Below are positions 47,838 through 57,917 of a DNA stretch of 64,000 nucleotides, in pieces (the first letter of the stretch is position 1; every line of letters begins with the position of its first letter). The translations under genes were made by a program, and so were the position numbers. This stretch comes from a virus (Duplodnaviria; Caudoviricetes). The stretch lies in the IMG/VR virus record IMGVR_UViG_3300012208_000004, positions 556 through 64,555 of that record. One strand, 5' to 3'. Under the pieces are notes generated by a model that saw only the letters and a list, made by a program, of their open reading frames with translations, made no database searches and was not told the DNA's origin.

Positions 47838-48077
47838 CAGTTGAACACTTGTCTTGTATAGTTTCACCAGTATCAAGATCTGCTCAGAAGAAAAGAAGAA
47901 ACCTATCCGATTCGCCCTCGGGTAGATTTCTTTATTGGTTGGAAGTATGATATACTTTAGAGACTACACAATAATTATCACACTATGAGATTACCACGCA
48001 TCTATCCTTTCGGAATACTGCACGAACGAAAATAGACCTGGATGAAATGGGCATCCAGGTCTATTGCTATTCTAACG

Positions 48078-48311
48078 CTATTCAGGAGGATTGTCTATCT
48101 TCTCCATTGCTTCTACAACCAATCTGCCCGCCGCGTCTTCTCCTATCAGAGGAGCAAGCTGTCCTTGTATCTCTCCCATTCGTTCCATTCGAGCAGTAAT
48201 GAACTGGTGTTTAGAAACGTTCGATGCAAGCCCAGTGAGCGCCCACTCTGCGGATTGCCTTTCAGCTTCGAACTGGGCCATAAGAAAAGCTACTTCAGAT
48301 TTATTATCCAT
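48078..48311 (-). CDS. Hypothetical protein
   Basis: AGGAG SD. Confidence 0.55.
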   Translation of the reverse strand: MDNKSEVAFLMAQFEAERQSAEWALTGLASNVSKHQFITARMERMGEIQGQLAPLIGEDAAGRLVVEAMEKIDNPPE

Positions 48312-48819
48312 GATGAGCTCCTGTGATGATGTCTATGTACGTCCGTGTCTGTTGAGGTAGGCAATAATAATAGTTGGTACAATTTTGCTCTGCCCATACA
48401 AGTGTTGAACAGCCAGCATTATAGCAAGCTAACGCCTTATTAAAGCTCCCATACTTGTTTTGATACCAAGCCATGGCCTTAGAAGCAGCTTGCAAGCTAG
48501 CAACCGGATCATGTGGGTCAACACCCCAACCATGTGCAGTTGAAGGAAGGATTTGCGCAATACCAATTGCGCCCGCGCTACTCACAGCGTTAGGGTTGAA
48601 TCCTGACTCCTCATTAATTTGTCTTTCAAAGTAGTCAGGATTGATACCTGCATTCGTTGCGTCTTGTCTGGCTATGCATCGGTAGTCTTGAGACGTGCAA
48701 GTGGAAACCTGCACGGGATGATTGCCAAATGGGTTACCACCTTGCGACTCAATGTACACACAGGCCCCCACCAGGAGGACAAGCGCAATGGCGAAAAAGC
48801 TTCCTGCTTCTCTAAACAT
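48304..48819 (-). CDS. Membrane-anchored lytic transglycosylase (SLT)
   Basis: EESGFNPNAVSSAGAIGIAQILPSTA, ALACYNAG, TRTY; N-terminal TM. Confidence 0.9.
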   Translation of the reverse strand: MFREAGSFFAIALVLLVGACVYIESQGGNPFGNHPVQVSTCTSQDYRCIARQDATNAGINPDYFERQINEESGFNPNAVSSAGAIGIAQILPSTAHGWGVDPHDPVASLQAASKAMAWYQNKYGSFNKALACYNAGCSTLVWAEQNCTNYYYCLPQQTRTYIDIITGAHHG

Positions 48820-48832
48820 GTTGGTTCCTTCC

Positions 48833-49015
48833 TTAACGCGTAAAGCTAACGCCTGTACCACTCATAAGCGACCACAGGATGGCTATCCCAACGATCAAAA
48901 TGAAAAACCATCCCCAAAAGCTGAGATGAATTTTGCTTTCTCTTGCGCCGGCTTGCGTGGCGAATATAATGAATCCAACGACGACAATAATCACGAATAG
49001 GGCTCCACTAGACAT
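48833..49015 (-). CDS. Small two-TM protein
   Basis: GAGGAG SD, hydrophobic. Confidence 0.55.
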   Translation of the reverse strand: MSSGALFVIIVVVGFIIFATQAGARESKIHLSFWGWFFILIVGIAILWSLMSGTGVSFTR

Positions 49016-49399
49016 GGGTTACTCCTCATAAAAGAAGCCCGAAGAGTATGCTATACTGATATCAGATAGTCCCCTTCGGGCGGATGTTTTCAAAGGTGAT
49101 GGGCATCAAAGTGTCTGGGGAGACGGGAGATGCCCTCCACTGACAACTACTTTAACTTGCATACTATTTCAAATGCACGACAATTAGGATTATGGCAACA
49201 ACTACAGTAACTACATTCGTAGTATCCACATCTTCCACATTGACTAGAAAGCTTGTTCACAAGCCATCTCCAAAGGTTCATGAAAACCTCCTAAAATTAG
49301 TCATCAGCGGTCATCATTGCCCAGATAAACCAAATGATGAAGATAACAACTAAATCAATAGCAATAGCGACTGCATAATCGCCTATCATACATTCCCTC

Positions 49400-49582
49400 C
49401 TAACAACTATGTGTTCTTGACTCACGATAAGGGAACCATTTTCTACATTTAGGACAACACCAGTACTTCTCATGTGATGAACCGCAGTGATGACTATTCC
49501 ACTGCTCCACAGGTATCATTTTCTTGCAAGGAGTGCACCAAACAGCTACAATAGCTGAACGATCTGACAATCTCCTAGGCAT
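49400..49582 (-). CDS. Small Cys/His-rich protein
   Basis: GGAGG SD, CxxC motifs. Confidence 0.5.
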   Translation of the reverse strand: MPRRLSDRSAIVAVWCTPCKKMIPVEQWNSHHCGSSHEKYWCCPKCRKWFPYRESRTHSC

Positions 49583-49817
49583 TTTTACCTCCTAAAATTT
49601 TCATCACTTCTGGATCATTCAAATGCTGCTTCAAGACTTCTAGCTCTTCTAGCGATAATGCTACCTCTTCCACGTGTACTTCATCCTCATTGACAACTGC
49701 AATGACTAACACTTTGTCTTTGCGAAATGCGCAAATATCTAACCTCATATCGTTTTCACGTGTGATTGTACGAGAATACTCCTCATGATTATTGATTAAT
49801 TTAACGGTACTACTCAT
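49575..49817 (-). CDS. Hypothetical protein
   Basis: Coupled operon ORF. Confidence 0.55.
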   Translation of the reverse strand: MSSTVKLINNHEEYSRTITRENDMRLDICAFRKDKVLVIAVVNEDEVHVEEVALSLEELEVLKQHLNDPEVMKILGGKNA

Positions 49818-50011
49818 CTAGACTTCCTTTCCTTGTACTGTTCAAACTGTTCTTTTTCGCTGATGTAAGACGGTACATCCTTAAAATGTCGTGCATCAGA
49901 TTGGTCTTGCAACTGTTGAGCATGCTCAGGACAAATTCCGTGCGATTGTCCCTCCTGTGGTGTCTCTTCTGAAAGAGGACACCATGCGCACGGATTTTTC
50001 AATCCAAACAT
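49814..50011 (-). CDS. Small Zn-binding protein
   Basis: CAWC...SHGICPEH. Confidence 0.55.
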   Translation of the reverse strand: MFGLKNPCAWCPLSEETPQEGQSHGICPEHAQQLQDQSDARHFKDVPSYISEKEQFEQYKERKSR

Positions 50012-50015
50012 TTAC

Positions 50016-50237
50016 CTACCTCACAACCCACTTCTTGGTATCATCATCCCAAAGAAGATTATCTTCTCCAATCAATTCTTGAGCCAAACCAATGTCACGA
50101 TACTGACCTTCACGCCACTGAGCATATGGACTAGCTGGATCAAGTTTATGTCCTGGTGACGCCTGACCTTCCAAGGGAGGATCACTAGACCAATGCTCAT
50201 TCATATGGTCAATCATACGCTGCTTTAAATCACTCAT
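50016..50237 (-). CDS. Hypothetical protein
   Basis: GAGG SD. Confidence 0.5.
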   Translation of the reverse strand: MSDLKQRMIDHMNEHWSSDPPLEGQASPGHKLDPASPYAQWREGQYRDIGLAQELIGEDNLLWDDDTKKWVVR

Positions 50238-50417
50238 TTACCGAAACCTCTCAGGTAACCTGTATTTATGCTTGGGTTGAATACCAAGCGACATTTCCAT
50301 GAAACTACACTCCTTACACAATTTACGTGTTCTGCCATTTACAAGGTACTGGCGCGTATCACTACGATACTGCTTACAACGATGGCAAAGTTCACGTGTG
50401 CTAATTGATATCACCTC

Positions 50418-50639
50418 CTATTTGAAATCTTCCCAAACGGAATTCCATCCCTTGACGAAAAGATCTCGAGACTTAACAGAACGCGCATCAATTTGTGCTG
50501 TATGGGCACCATGTCGTTCGTAGTTCTCTTTTGAGAGAGGATTATTGCGACCTCGCTGTATACGCTGATATGATTGCCCGCTAGCACGTCCTACCATCTC
50601 TGCATTCTTCTGGTTCATATTCCCTAATCCTTTGACCAC
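50418..50639 (-). CDS. Hypothetical protein
   Basis: Operon ORF. Confidence 0.45.
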   Translation of the reverse strand: MVKGLGNMNQKNAEMVGRASGQSYQRIQRGRNNPLSKENYERHGAHTAQIDARSVKSRDLFVKGWNSVWEDFK

Positions 50640-50878
50640 TCATCACAATGGGACTCATACCCATGATTGAGAAGTGGAACGTTTACAGCACACGCACCAT
50701 TAGGGTGATAACTCACACAATGACTTGTGTAGTACGTATATGGCACGTCGTGTGCATGTATGCACTGCTGACAACCTGTTAAGGTTAACAAACTAAGAGA
50801 TAGCGATACAGTGACAATAAGAAATGCTAGAAATCTTTTCAGCATATAGCCCTTTCTAGGGGCTACTAAGAGCCCCAC
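50624..50878 (-). CDS. Small lipoprotein
   Basis: Signal peptide ending LTGC lipobox; start probably MLKRF. Confidence 0.55.
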   Translation of the reverse strand: MGLLVAPRKGYMLKRFLAFLIVTVSLSLSLLTLTGCQQCIHAHDVPYTYYTSHCVSYHPNGACAVNVPLLNHGYESHCDEWSKD

Positions 50879-50887
50879 TACTACACA

Positions 50888-51061
50888 TTAATTCAAGATA
50901 GCGTCTACATCCGATTGACGTACACGATGAGCAACACGCTTGCCCTTGTGAGGTAACGCAACGGCTGTAAGTATTCCCGCTTTAATCCAGCGGCGTACCG
51001 TTGTGTCATCTACGCGTAAACGCTTTGCTACCTCATGAACGGGTAATAATGTTTCATCCAT
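50888..51061 (-). CDS. Excisionase-like HTH_17 protein (57 aa, not in ORF track)
   Basis: MDETLLPVHEVAKRLRVDDTTVRRWIKAGILTAV...RVRQSDV; GAGGAGG SD. Confidence 0.85.
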   Translation of the reverse strand: MDETLLPVHEVAKRLRVDDTTVRRWIKAGILTAVALPHKGKRVAHRVRQSDVDAILN

Positions 51062-51083
51062 AAAAAATGTCCTCCTCTACCCG

Positions 51084-51572
51084 CTAAGCTGCGGGTTTCT
51101 TTTGTCTTGATGGCAATCCTTCAAAAAATGTCAGTGTACGAGCACTCTGTCCATCCATACGCTTTACAAGCTTGTTGCCACGCTTCATAAGAACTGGAGC
51201 AACCGGAGTCGAGACAACTGGAATAGCTACAATTTGGTCTGCAATTTCGGCTATGGCGTACCGCTCTTCCTGTGCATCTGCAATGTCCATCGCTTGCTCA
51301 AGAGCTTTCTCAGAAGCTTTGATGATGTTTGTACGGTACATTTTGGACCAATAATCCTGGACAATTGTACAATGTTTGCAATGCCCGTGATATCGAAAAC
51401 CCTTGCAGTTACAGGAGCTAACAATTGGGCAAACACCAGACTCATCAACCTGCACTATGTAACTCTCTCCATTGCTTTCGCTAGGAACTTGACAATAAAG
51501 ACCGTTTTCGTTCATGTCGATTGCCATGAAAGTTGTTACGTAGGATGCATAAAAGCTGTTTACATTAGTCAT
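51084..51572 (-). CDS. SWIM Zn-finger protein
   Basis: VPSES...Y.V...CNCKGF....CKH. Confidence 0.75.
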   Translation of the reverse strand: MTNVNSFYASYVTTFMAIDMNENGLYCQVPSESNGESYIVQVDESGVCPIVSSCNCKGFRYHGHCKHCTIVQDYWSKMYRTNIIKASEKALEQAMDIADAQEERYAIAEIADQIVAIPVVSTPVAPVLMKRGNKLVKRMDGQSARTLTFFEGLPSRQKKPAA

Positions 51573-51628
51573 GGTGTTTGCCCTTCCTTGATTTAAGTGT
51601 TTCCCCCGCTCACTCAGGGGACAATAGT

Positions 51629-51732
51629 ATCTTAACACGCTAGTGTAACAATGTCAATATGTTTACGTACCAATTTCTACGCTAGCGTAAATATTCGTTT
51701 ATGTTGACACCACTATAGCTATATGGTATTAT
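51629..51732. promoter_or_regulatory. Divergent promoter pair with palindromic operators (probable lysis/lysogeny switch)
   Basis: Minus TTGACA-17-TAAGAT; plus TTGACA(51704)-17-TATTAT; operators ACGCTAGTGT (51637-46) and TACGCTAGCGTA (51678-89). Confidence 0.7.
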
Positions 51733-51773
51733 TGTTCTAGGAAAGATAACCAACATAGGAGGATAAAAAGTAC

Positions 51774-52103
51774 GTGGCGAAATTAATAGTTAAACACGTT
51801 GCAACTGCAAAAGGGATCAAACAATCCCATTTGCAAATATCAGCAGCAGTTACCCCGCCACTGTTGTATAGGTATTGGCACAACAAATCCAACACAGTAG
51901 ATTTAACAGAACTTGAAAAAATTGCAGAAGCTTTAGGGGTAAGCCCTGGGGAATTAATAATTCCTGATGGGGAATTAGCACGCTTTGACCGAAATCTGGA
52001 AAAGGCTGAAAAAGTTGAAAATCACATTGGACCTTGGATAGCTCTATTTGATGAAGAAAAATCAGAGTCAGCAAAGGAGTCTACAGAAGACCCTGCTGCT
52101 TAG
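51774..52103 (+). CDS. Cro/C1-type HTH repressor
   Basis: KGIKQSHL...LEKIAEALGVSPGELI. Confidence 0.8.
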   Translation: MAKLIVKHVATAKGIKQSHLQISAAVTPPLLYRYWHNKSNTVDLTELEKIAEALGVSPGELIIPDGELARFDRNLEKAEKVENHIGPWIALFDEEKSESAKESTEDPAA

Positions 52104-52301
52104 GCGGCGGGCAGTGAACAGCCTGAGAAACTAAACCCACTGCCCGCAAACAACCCTACTCAAATTCTAACTCGAATAGACAGAATGATCAATCATTTTG
52201 AGATTGACGTCCCATTAACGTGCCAATACTCACCTTGCAAGGGGGGATGGGCAGTTTTTTTACCTTGTTCCGGTGAATAATATAGGGCATTTATGAAAGT
52301 A

Positions 52302-52330
52302 TTGACAAATGTTCTATATTAAATTATAAT
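52302..52330 (+). promoter_or_regulatory. Consensus sigma70 promoter
   Basis: TTGACA-17-TATAAT upstream of Arc/Bro-N genes. Confidence 0.8.
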
Positions 52331-52355
52331 AGTTCTGTTCATAAGGAGGTGCGTT

Positions 52356-52553
52356 ATGAGAAAAGGCAGTGGAGCAGACTACTACCAAATCTCTATTCGC
52401 TTTTCACCTGATGAAAGCCAACTCATACAACAGTTGGCAGAAAAAAATGGAAGATCCTTCAATAAAGAAGTCCTCCATTTAGTCAAAGCTCAATTGAGCC
52501 TTGAACAAACAACAAAAAAAGAGCCGTTGCAATCGGCTCTTCCAGAAAGGTAA
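52356..52553 (+). CDS. Arc-family RHH DNA-binding protein
   Basis: ISIRF.......I.QLAEKNGRSFNKEV. Confidence 0.8.
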   Translation: MRKGSGADYYQISIRFSPDESQLIQQLAEKNGRSFNKEVLHLVKAQLSLEQTTKKEPLQSALPER

Positions 52554-52555
52554 AA

Positions 52556-53245
52556 ATGGTAAACAACAATCAAGAACAGTCTAACACAGGATTGCAACTT
52601 TTTAGCTTTGAAGGACAAGATGTCCGCGCTATATGGATCAATGCAGAAGCGTGGTACGTTCTTACTGACGTTTGCAAGATTTTAGGATTAGGCAATCCTG
52701 CCCAAGTTGCTACCCGATTAAAGAAAGAGGGTTGTATCACGCGAAATGATATAACCGACGCATTGGGCAGACCAAGAGAGACTCTTTGCGTTAACCTTCC
52801 CAACTACCTACGAGCTATTATGCGATCCGACAAACCAGACGCATTAAGATTTCAAGATTGGGTTTGCGAGGAAGTCGTTCCCACTATCCTCAAAACTGGA
52901 AGCTATTCAATGGATAACAGAAGTCCTAAAGAACAGCTTCAAGACCAGCTTGGAATGCTTCAATTTGTACACAAGATTGTGAGAGGCGTTTTTAGATCAC
53001 TCTCGCAACGCTGGATTGTAGAAAATAAACAATTTGCACTTTATGGAAAAGTTGCTTTTGATTACTTTCGATTAGAGGTAATGCGTGCAAATAGAGAATA
53101 TTCAGCAGTAGTAAAATACTTTCACGGCGACAATGTTTTTGATGGATTAAACCTCAAAGGTGACATTGTCAAGATGCGGTCTGAAATAAGGAATGGAGAG
53201 ATATCAGTACAGTTACAATTCCCATTCATAGAAGACGCAAGATAA
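52556..53245 (+). CDS. Bro-N domain antirepressor
   Basis: F.FEGQDVR..EAWYV..DVCKILGL...RSDKP.A..FQDWV.EEV.PTI.KTGSY. Confidence 0.9.
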   Translation: MVNNNQEQSNTGLQLFSFEGQDVRAIWINAEAWYVLTDVCKILGLGNPAQVATRLKKEGCITRNDITDALGRPRETLCVNLPNYLRAIMRSDKPDALRFQDWVCEEVVPTILKTGSYSMDNRSPKEQLQDQLGMLQFVHKIVRGVFRSLSQRWIVENKQFALYGKVAFDYFRLEVMRANREYSAVVKYFHGDNVFDGLNLKGDIVKMRSEIRNGEISVQLQFPFIEDAR

Positions 53246-53374
53246 CATCGTCAATTGTAGTTAGTCAGGGACCTAGAAACGGGTCCCTTTTCTTTTGCCC
53301 AAATATTGACATCGCGAGTTATACTTTATGCAGTAAAAAGTGCAATCGTTATTTTGAAAGGATGTTACACAATC

Positions 53375-53806
53375 ATGAAGCGCAAACTTATTTTTCTCTT
53401 TGGAATCGTCATTCTCGCGGGTACAATGCTGGCATGTGGGGAAAGCACCACAAACAGTACGCCAACAAACAACAATACCCAACAACAGGCACCATCCAAA
53501 CCACAAACCTGGACAACAACTCATACATATAATGGCACCGGAATCAAGAAAACTGAAACTATCACCGTGCCCAATGATTGGAAGATCCAATGGAGCTGTA
53601 CGCCTAGCTCGTTTATGGGAAATTCCTACAATGTCATCATCGGTGTCTACAACTCAGACGGCACAATAGCCGATCCAGCTGCTATCAATGCTATGTGTAA
53701 AGATGGAAATACATCAGGAGAAACCGAAGAAAGAACCGCCGGCAACGTCTACCTTGATGTCAACTCAGAAGGAGATTGGGCCATAAACGTTCAAGAATTG
53801 AAATAA
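53375..53806 (+). CDS. Lipoprotein (possible superinfection exclusion)
   Basis: Signal peptide with LAC lipobox, Thr/Asn/Gln linker, beta domain. Confidence 0.7.
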   Translation: MKRKLIFLFGIVILAGTMLACGESTTNSTPTNNNTQQQAPSKPQTWTTTHTYNGTGIKKTETITVPNDWKIQWSCTPSSFMGNSYNVIIGVYNSDGTIADPAAINAMCKDGNTSGETEERTAGNVYLDVNSEGDWAINVQELK

Positions 53807-53823
53807 GCCTTACACAAGAATTG

Positions 53824-53849
53824 AGCCCTTGTCTGAATTGACAAGGGCT
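53824..53849 (+). terminator. Intrinsic terminator
   Basis: AGCCCTTGTC/GACAAGGGCT stem plus T-run. Confidence 0.6.
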
Positions 53850-53863
53850 TTTATAATGCTCAC

Positions 53864-54346
53864 ATGGATGCAACAACACAACGCTATCACCTCATGCTAC
53901 TAGCGCTTGAAACAGGTACCATAAAGACACTGGAGAAACTATTTAACCAGCAGTCATACCCGCATCTTGCTCAAAAGAAAATCCACACGGCTCAGGTGCA
54001 AGCATCCATCATAGGATCACAGTTAGGCCATGCACAATTAGAAGACATGACGACTGACGAACACCTCCCAACCATACAAGGCTACACCCACATTGCGCCA
54101 GTCGCCATAGCTGCAGGTATCACGCTAGGCATGCTCACGGTTACGGCCAGGACTGCCATCATTGACGCCTATCGGAAGTCGGCCATATCCGTGTACGCGG
54201 CCAACGATGCTACAGGCTGGATTTGGGATGTAGAGGGAGATGACCCATGTGACTGGTGTTTGAGCATGAATGGGACTGTGCATCCCCTTACAGAAAAATT
54301 TGAAAGTCACAATAATTGCAGATGTGGGGCAGTACCGATCATATGA
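53864..54346 (+). CDS. MuF/SPP1 gp7-like minor head protein
   Basis: ART...AY...W.W......C..C..MNG.......HNNCRC. Confidence 0.75.
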   Translation: MDATTQRYHLMLLALETGTIKTLEKLFNQQSYPHLAQKKIHTAQVQASIIGSQLGHAQLEDMTTDEHLPTIQGYTHIAPVAIAAGITLGMLTVTARTAIIDAYRKSAISVYAANDATGWIWDVEGDDPCDWCLSMNGTVHPLTEKFESHNNCRCGAVPII

Positions 54347-54810
54347 AAAACATTGCACTACTCCTACTCTTGCTCTCCTTTGCTGGATGCACCACATCAT
54401 CATCCTTACAGGTAGCGGCACACTGTATGGCGTACAACGGACTACCGGACAAACATTGTACGCCAGGAGCAGTATTCCCCAACGTGACAGCTACCCAAGT
54501 CTGCACTCCAGGATACGCTAACTCAGTTCGCAATGTGCCACAAAGCGAGAAAAACAAGGTGTATCAGGAGTACGGCATTGCACATCACAGCACGGGTCAG
54601 TATGAGATCGACCACTTGATATCGCTCGAGTTGGGAGGTTCAAATGATCTCAAGAACCTCTGGCCCGAATCAGCACTGCCCAAACCAGGCTTTCACGAAA
54701 AAGACAAGATAGAAGACTACCTGCATAAACAAGTATGTAGCGGTAAAATGACACTCAAGCAGGCGCAAATTGAGATTGCAGATAATTGGGAGTTGGTCGT
54801 TATTCAATAA
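54343..54810 (+). CDS. Lipoprotein with HNH-like nuclease domain
   Basis: FAGC lipobox; TPGA, YEIDHLISLELGGSN..NLWPE. Confidence 0.8.
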   Translation: MKNIALLLLLLSFAGCTTSSSLQVAAHCMAYNGLPDKHCTPGAVFPNVTATQVCTPGYANSVRNVPQSEKNKVYQEYGIAHHSTGQYEIDHLISLELGGSNDLKNLWPESALPKPGFHEKDKIEDYLHKQVCSGKMTLKQAQIEIADNWELVVIQ

Positions 54811-55463
54811 AAAAAGAGAAGCCTAGACGCAAAAGAAAAGAGTCATTTCTATGGCTATGAAACGGAAGAAAACCATTGTCTATCAGGTAAAAGTGATAGG
54901 CAAACCAGGTCACGGACTCAGGACACCCATCTACGATGACGCACTCCGCGCCCAAAGAATACTTGAGAAGCTATACCCAAAGGTCAAAATTATCAAAAAT
55001 TGGGTATAGTGCCCACACACAAAAGAGCAGCTCCGGTTATCCTTGTCCGGTTGCTGCTCTTTTGTTTTTCGGAGATTGTCAATACTAATGGCTTCAAGTA
55101 CTCTCTAGAGATATGAGAAGTATAACACAAAAGAAAACCACCACTCCTCGGCTCGATAAAAAAGAGTGATGGCTTCCCTAGTTGATCTAAAACTATCACC
55201 AGTATATCACACTTTCATACTTGCTCCACAATGACCATATTTGCTCACCAGAACGTCAACACGTAGCTTTGCCCACAGACAATGAGTATTTGGATATCTC
55301 CCTTTTCAATCCTCACAAAAGCGATTGTAGCGACACGACTTCCCCATGCAAGGGGTGACATCCCACTATAGAATGGTGACTTGTATACAGTAATTTGCAA
55401 AGTGGTCAATACTGTGTTATATTGTGACTATCAGTGTTGCAAATATTAGAAAGGATAGAGACA

Positions 55464-55649
55464 ATGGCTAGAACAAAAAATCCAGCTACAGAACAGACAG
55501 TAACACGATCCATCCGACTCCCTGTAAATCTTATTGTGCAAATAGAACAACTGGCATCAAATGATGATCGATCAGTTAATTGGAAAGTTGTCCACATGCT
55601 TCGAAATCAACTGGAGCAAGAAAAGAAAGTGCAAGTCAAGAAAGGATAG
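55464..55649 (+). CDS. Arc/RHH DNA-binding protein
   Basis: SIRLP..L...IEQLA..DDRSVN. Confidence 0.75.
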   Translation: MARTKNPATEQTVTRSIRLPVNLIVQIEQLASNDDRSVNWKVVHMLRNQLEQEKKVQVKKG

Positions 55650-55656
55650 ATCCATC

Positions 55657-57693
55657 ATGAATTATGATGATAGTCAGGCAGTTCAAGATTTTAAAATGGG
55701 AGGGGTATTTTCCCGTCTCAAAATTGGATATCAAGAAAGACCTTCTCAAATTGATATGGTTAGAGTCGTAGTAGAATGCATTCGAGAGGGCAGAAGTGCA
55801 GTTATAGAAGCCCCAACAGGTACAGGCAAAAGTTTTGCATACCTTGATCCTATAGTACACGAAGCGTCAAAAGCAGAAAAAGTAACTGTTATCAGCACAT
55901 CTAACAAAGCACTACAAGCACAGATATTCGATAAGGATATCCCATTCATCCAGACAAACGTGCATGATTTTAAAGCGGCATTGCTCAAAGGGATGAATAA
56001 CTTTCTGTGTCTGGAAAGACTAGAAGAATTCAAGCAAGAATGGCCTATGCTCATTGATGCAGACTTCCAACGGCTTGAAATAGAGCTTAGAAACAAGAGC
56101 GGCGATTTTGAAAAGCTCTCAAGACAACACGACGTTCAACTAAAGATCAATGGGCATACAGATGAATGCATTGGGAAAGACTGCTCTCAATATGCAGACT
56201 GCTTCTACTACAAAATGAAAGAAGCAGCAAAAAATGCAAGTGTTATTGTCACAAATCACACCATCCTCCTAATGGATATTGCCCTTGGAGGCAGACTACT
56301 GCCAGCATACGACGTTCTCGTCATTGACGAATCCCACAATCTCGAAAAGGAAGCGCAAGAAGTCTTTTCAGCAAAAATAACTGTAGGACGTTTTTTGTCA
56401 CTGGCAAATAATCAGCTTGTAAAAGACGTAACAAATCCCAGTGATCTTGATGAAGTAAAAGCAGAAACCTCTGAACTATTCGAGAATGTCAGTGATCTCT
56501 TCAGTCATTCCCCTAAAGACAAAATAACACTGAGTAACGCATTTCTTGAAAGTATCGAGGAAACAAGCTCAAATCTTGCAGGACTCATCAAAGGTCTTTC
56601 GTACGCATTCGATGAAGAAGTAAAAAACTTGACCGGACTCTTCATAGACGATGAAGATTTTGAAAGCACACTCAAAAGTCTTGGGAAAGCAACAAGAGAA
56701 AAAGCAGCTAAATACAGAAAGCTCCATGATCGAGCTTTAAAATTAGCTCGTGACGTTCGTGATGTCTGCACAATTGAGTCAAACGAATACGCCTACTACG
56801 CATCCAGAAAGAAAAACAAACAAGGGAAAGATGTATTTGAACTTGCATGCACACCCCTAAATGTAAGTCAAATCCTTGGAGAACGTTTGTTTAATGGGGG
56901 AAAGATAATAATCTGCACATCAGCTACTATCACATCAGCCAACAGTAAAAGCATTGACACGTTCAATTCTTTCACCGATCGGGTAGGAATGGAACCGGAC
57001 ATCTCAAAAGCACTTCCATCTGTTTTTGACTACCAAAAAAATGCCCTTTTCTACTTTCCCACTGACATTGCCCAACCAATCTGGAACAAGGAAGAAAGCC
57101 AAATCCGCTATGAAAAAGAAATAGCGGCACGCATGCAACAACTTGTAGAATATTCAGGAGGACGCGCTTTTCTCTTGTTCACTAGCAACAAGATGATGAA
57201 TGCAGTCCACCGTCAATTAAGAGTGCCATACCCAGTACTCAAACAAGGCGACTTGCCCAAATCTGAAATGATTAGACGGTTCAAACAAGAGCCAAGCGTA
57301 CTGCTAGGTGTAGCATCGTTCTGGGAAGGCGTTGATATAGCTGGAGAAGCTCTTTCACTCCTGGTTATTGACAAGCTTCCCTTTGAACCCCCTGACGATC
57401 CTATCGGACAAGGAACAGTCAACCTTATCAAACAACGCATGGGAAATGAGTGGGAAGAATATATTATCCCACGGGTAATCATCAAACTGAAGCAGGGAGT
57501 TGGAAGACTCATTCGTACCAATACAGATCGTGGTGTTGTAGCCATACTTGATGAAAGACTCTACAAAAAACGGTATGGCAAGCAAATACGAGCATCGCTA
57601 CCTCCTGCTCCAATCACTAGTGATATAAATAATGTAGCAAACTTCTTTGGAATAGAAGTTGAGCAAGAATGGGATGAAGCTATTGGATGGTAA
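55657..57693 (+). CDS. dinG: DinG/YoaA-family helicase
   Basis: RPSQ, EAPTGTGKS, Fe-S cysteines, DESH, TSAT, EGVD, QGVGRLIR. Confidence 0.92.
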   Translation: MNYDDSQAVQDFKMGGVFSRLKIGYQERPSQIDMVRVVVECIREGRSAVIEAPTGTGKSFAYLDPIVHEASKAEKVTVISTSNKALQAQIFDKDIPFIQTNVHDFKAALLKGMNNFLCLERLEEFKQEWPMLIDADFQRLEIELRNKSGDFEKLSRQHDVQLKINGHTDECIGKDCSQYADCFYYKMKEAAKNASVIVTNHTILLMDIALGGRLLPAYDVLVIDESHNLEKEAQEVFSAKITVGRFLSLANNQLVKDVTNPSDLDEVKAETSELFENVSDLFSHSPKDKITLSNAFLESIEETSSNLAGLIKGLSYAFDEEVKNLTGLFIDDEDFESTLKSLGKATREKAAKYRKLHDRALKLARDVRDVCTIESNEYAYYASRKKNKQGKDVFELACTPLNVSQILGERLFNGGKIIICTSATITSANSKSIDTFNSFTDRVGMEPDISKALPSVFDYQKNALFYFPTDIAQPIWNKEESQIRYEKEIAARMQQLVEYSGGRAFLLFTSNKMMNAVHRQLRVPYPVLKQGDLPKSEMIRRFKQEPSVLLGVASFWEGVDIAGEALSLLVIDKLPFEPPDDPIGQGTVNLIKQRMGNEWEEYIIPRVIIKLKQGVGRLIRTNTDRGVVAILDERLYKKRYGKQIRASLPPAPITSDINNVANFFGIEVEQEWDEAIGW

Positions 57694-57917
57694 AAATTTT
57701 TACCTGAGAACGGTGTGTATTATTGTGTAGTATGGATCATTTTTGAAAGTTGACAAAAAGAAGGGCTAGCGACAATCCTGTTAAAATTAGCGCTAGCCTC
57801 TTTTTATTCTTAGTAGCATCAGTTAGAAGTAGTATAGCAAACAATCACAACACTGTCAACAAGACGGGTATTTTGTCTCTTTTTGTATCACTTCTAACTG
57901 GAGTAGGAAATAGAGCG

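Noticed and set aside
55561-57917. Long N-terminal extensions given by the ORF track (DinG 55561, Rep 57750; also 77, 38431, 53306)
   Set aside because: They overlap upstream genes, terminators or promoters; downstream starts have better SD context
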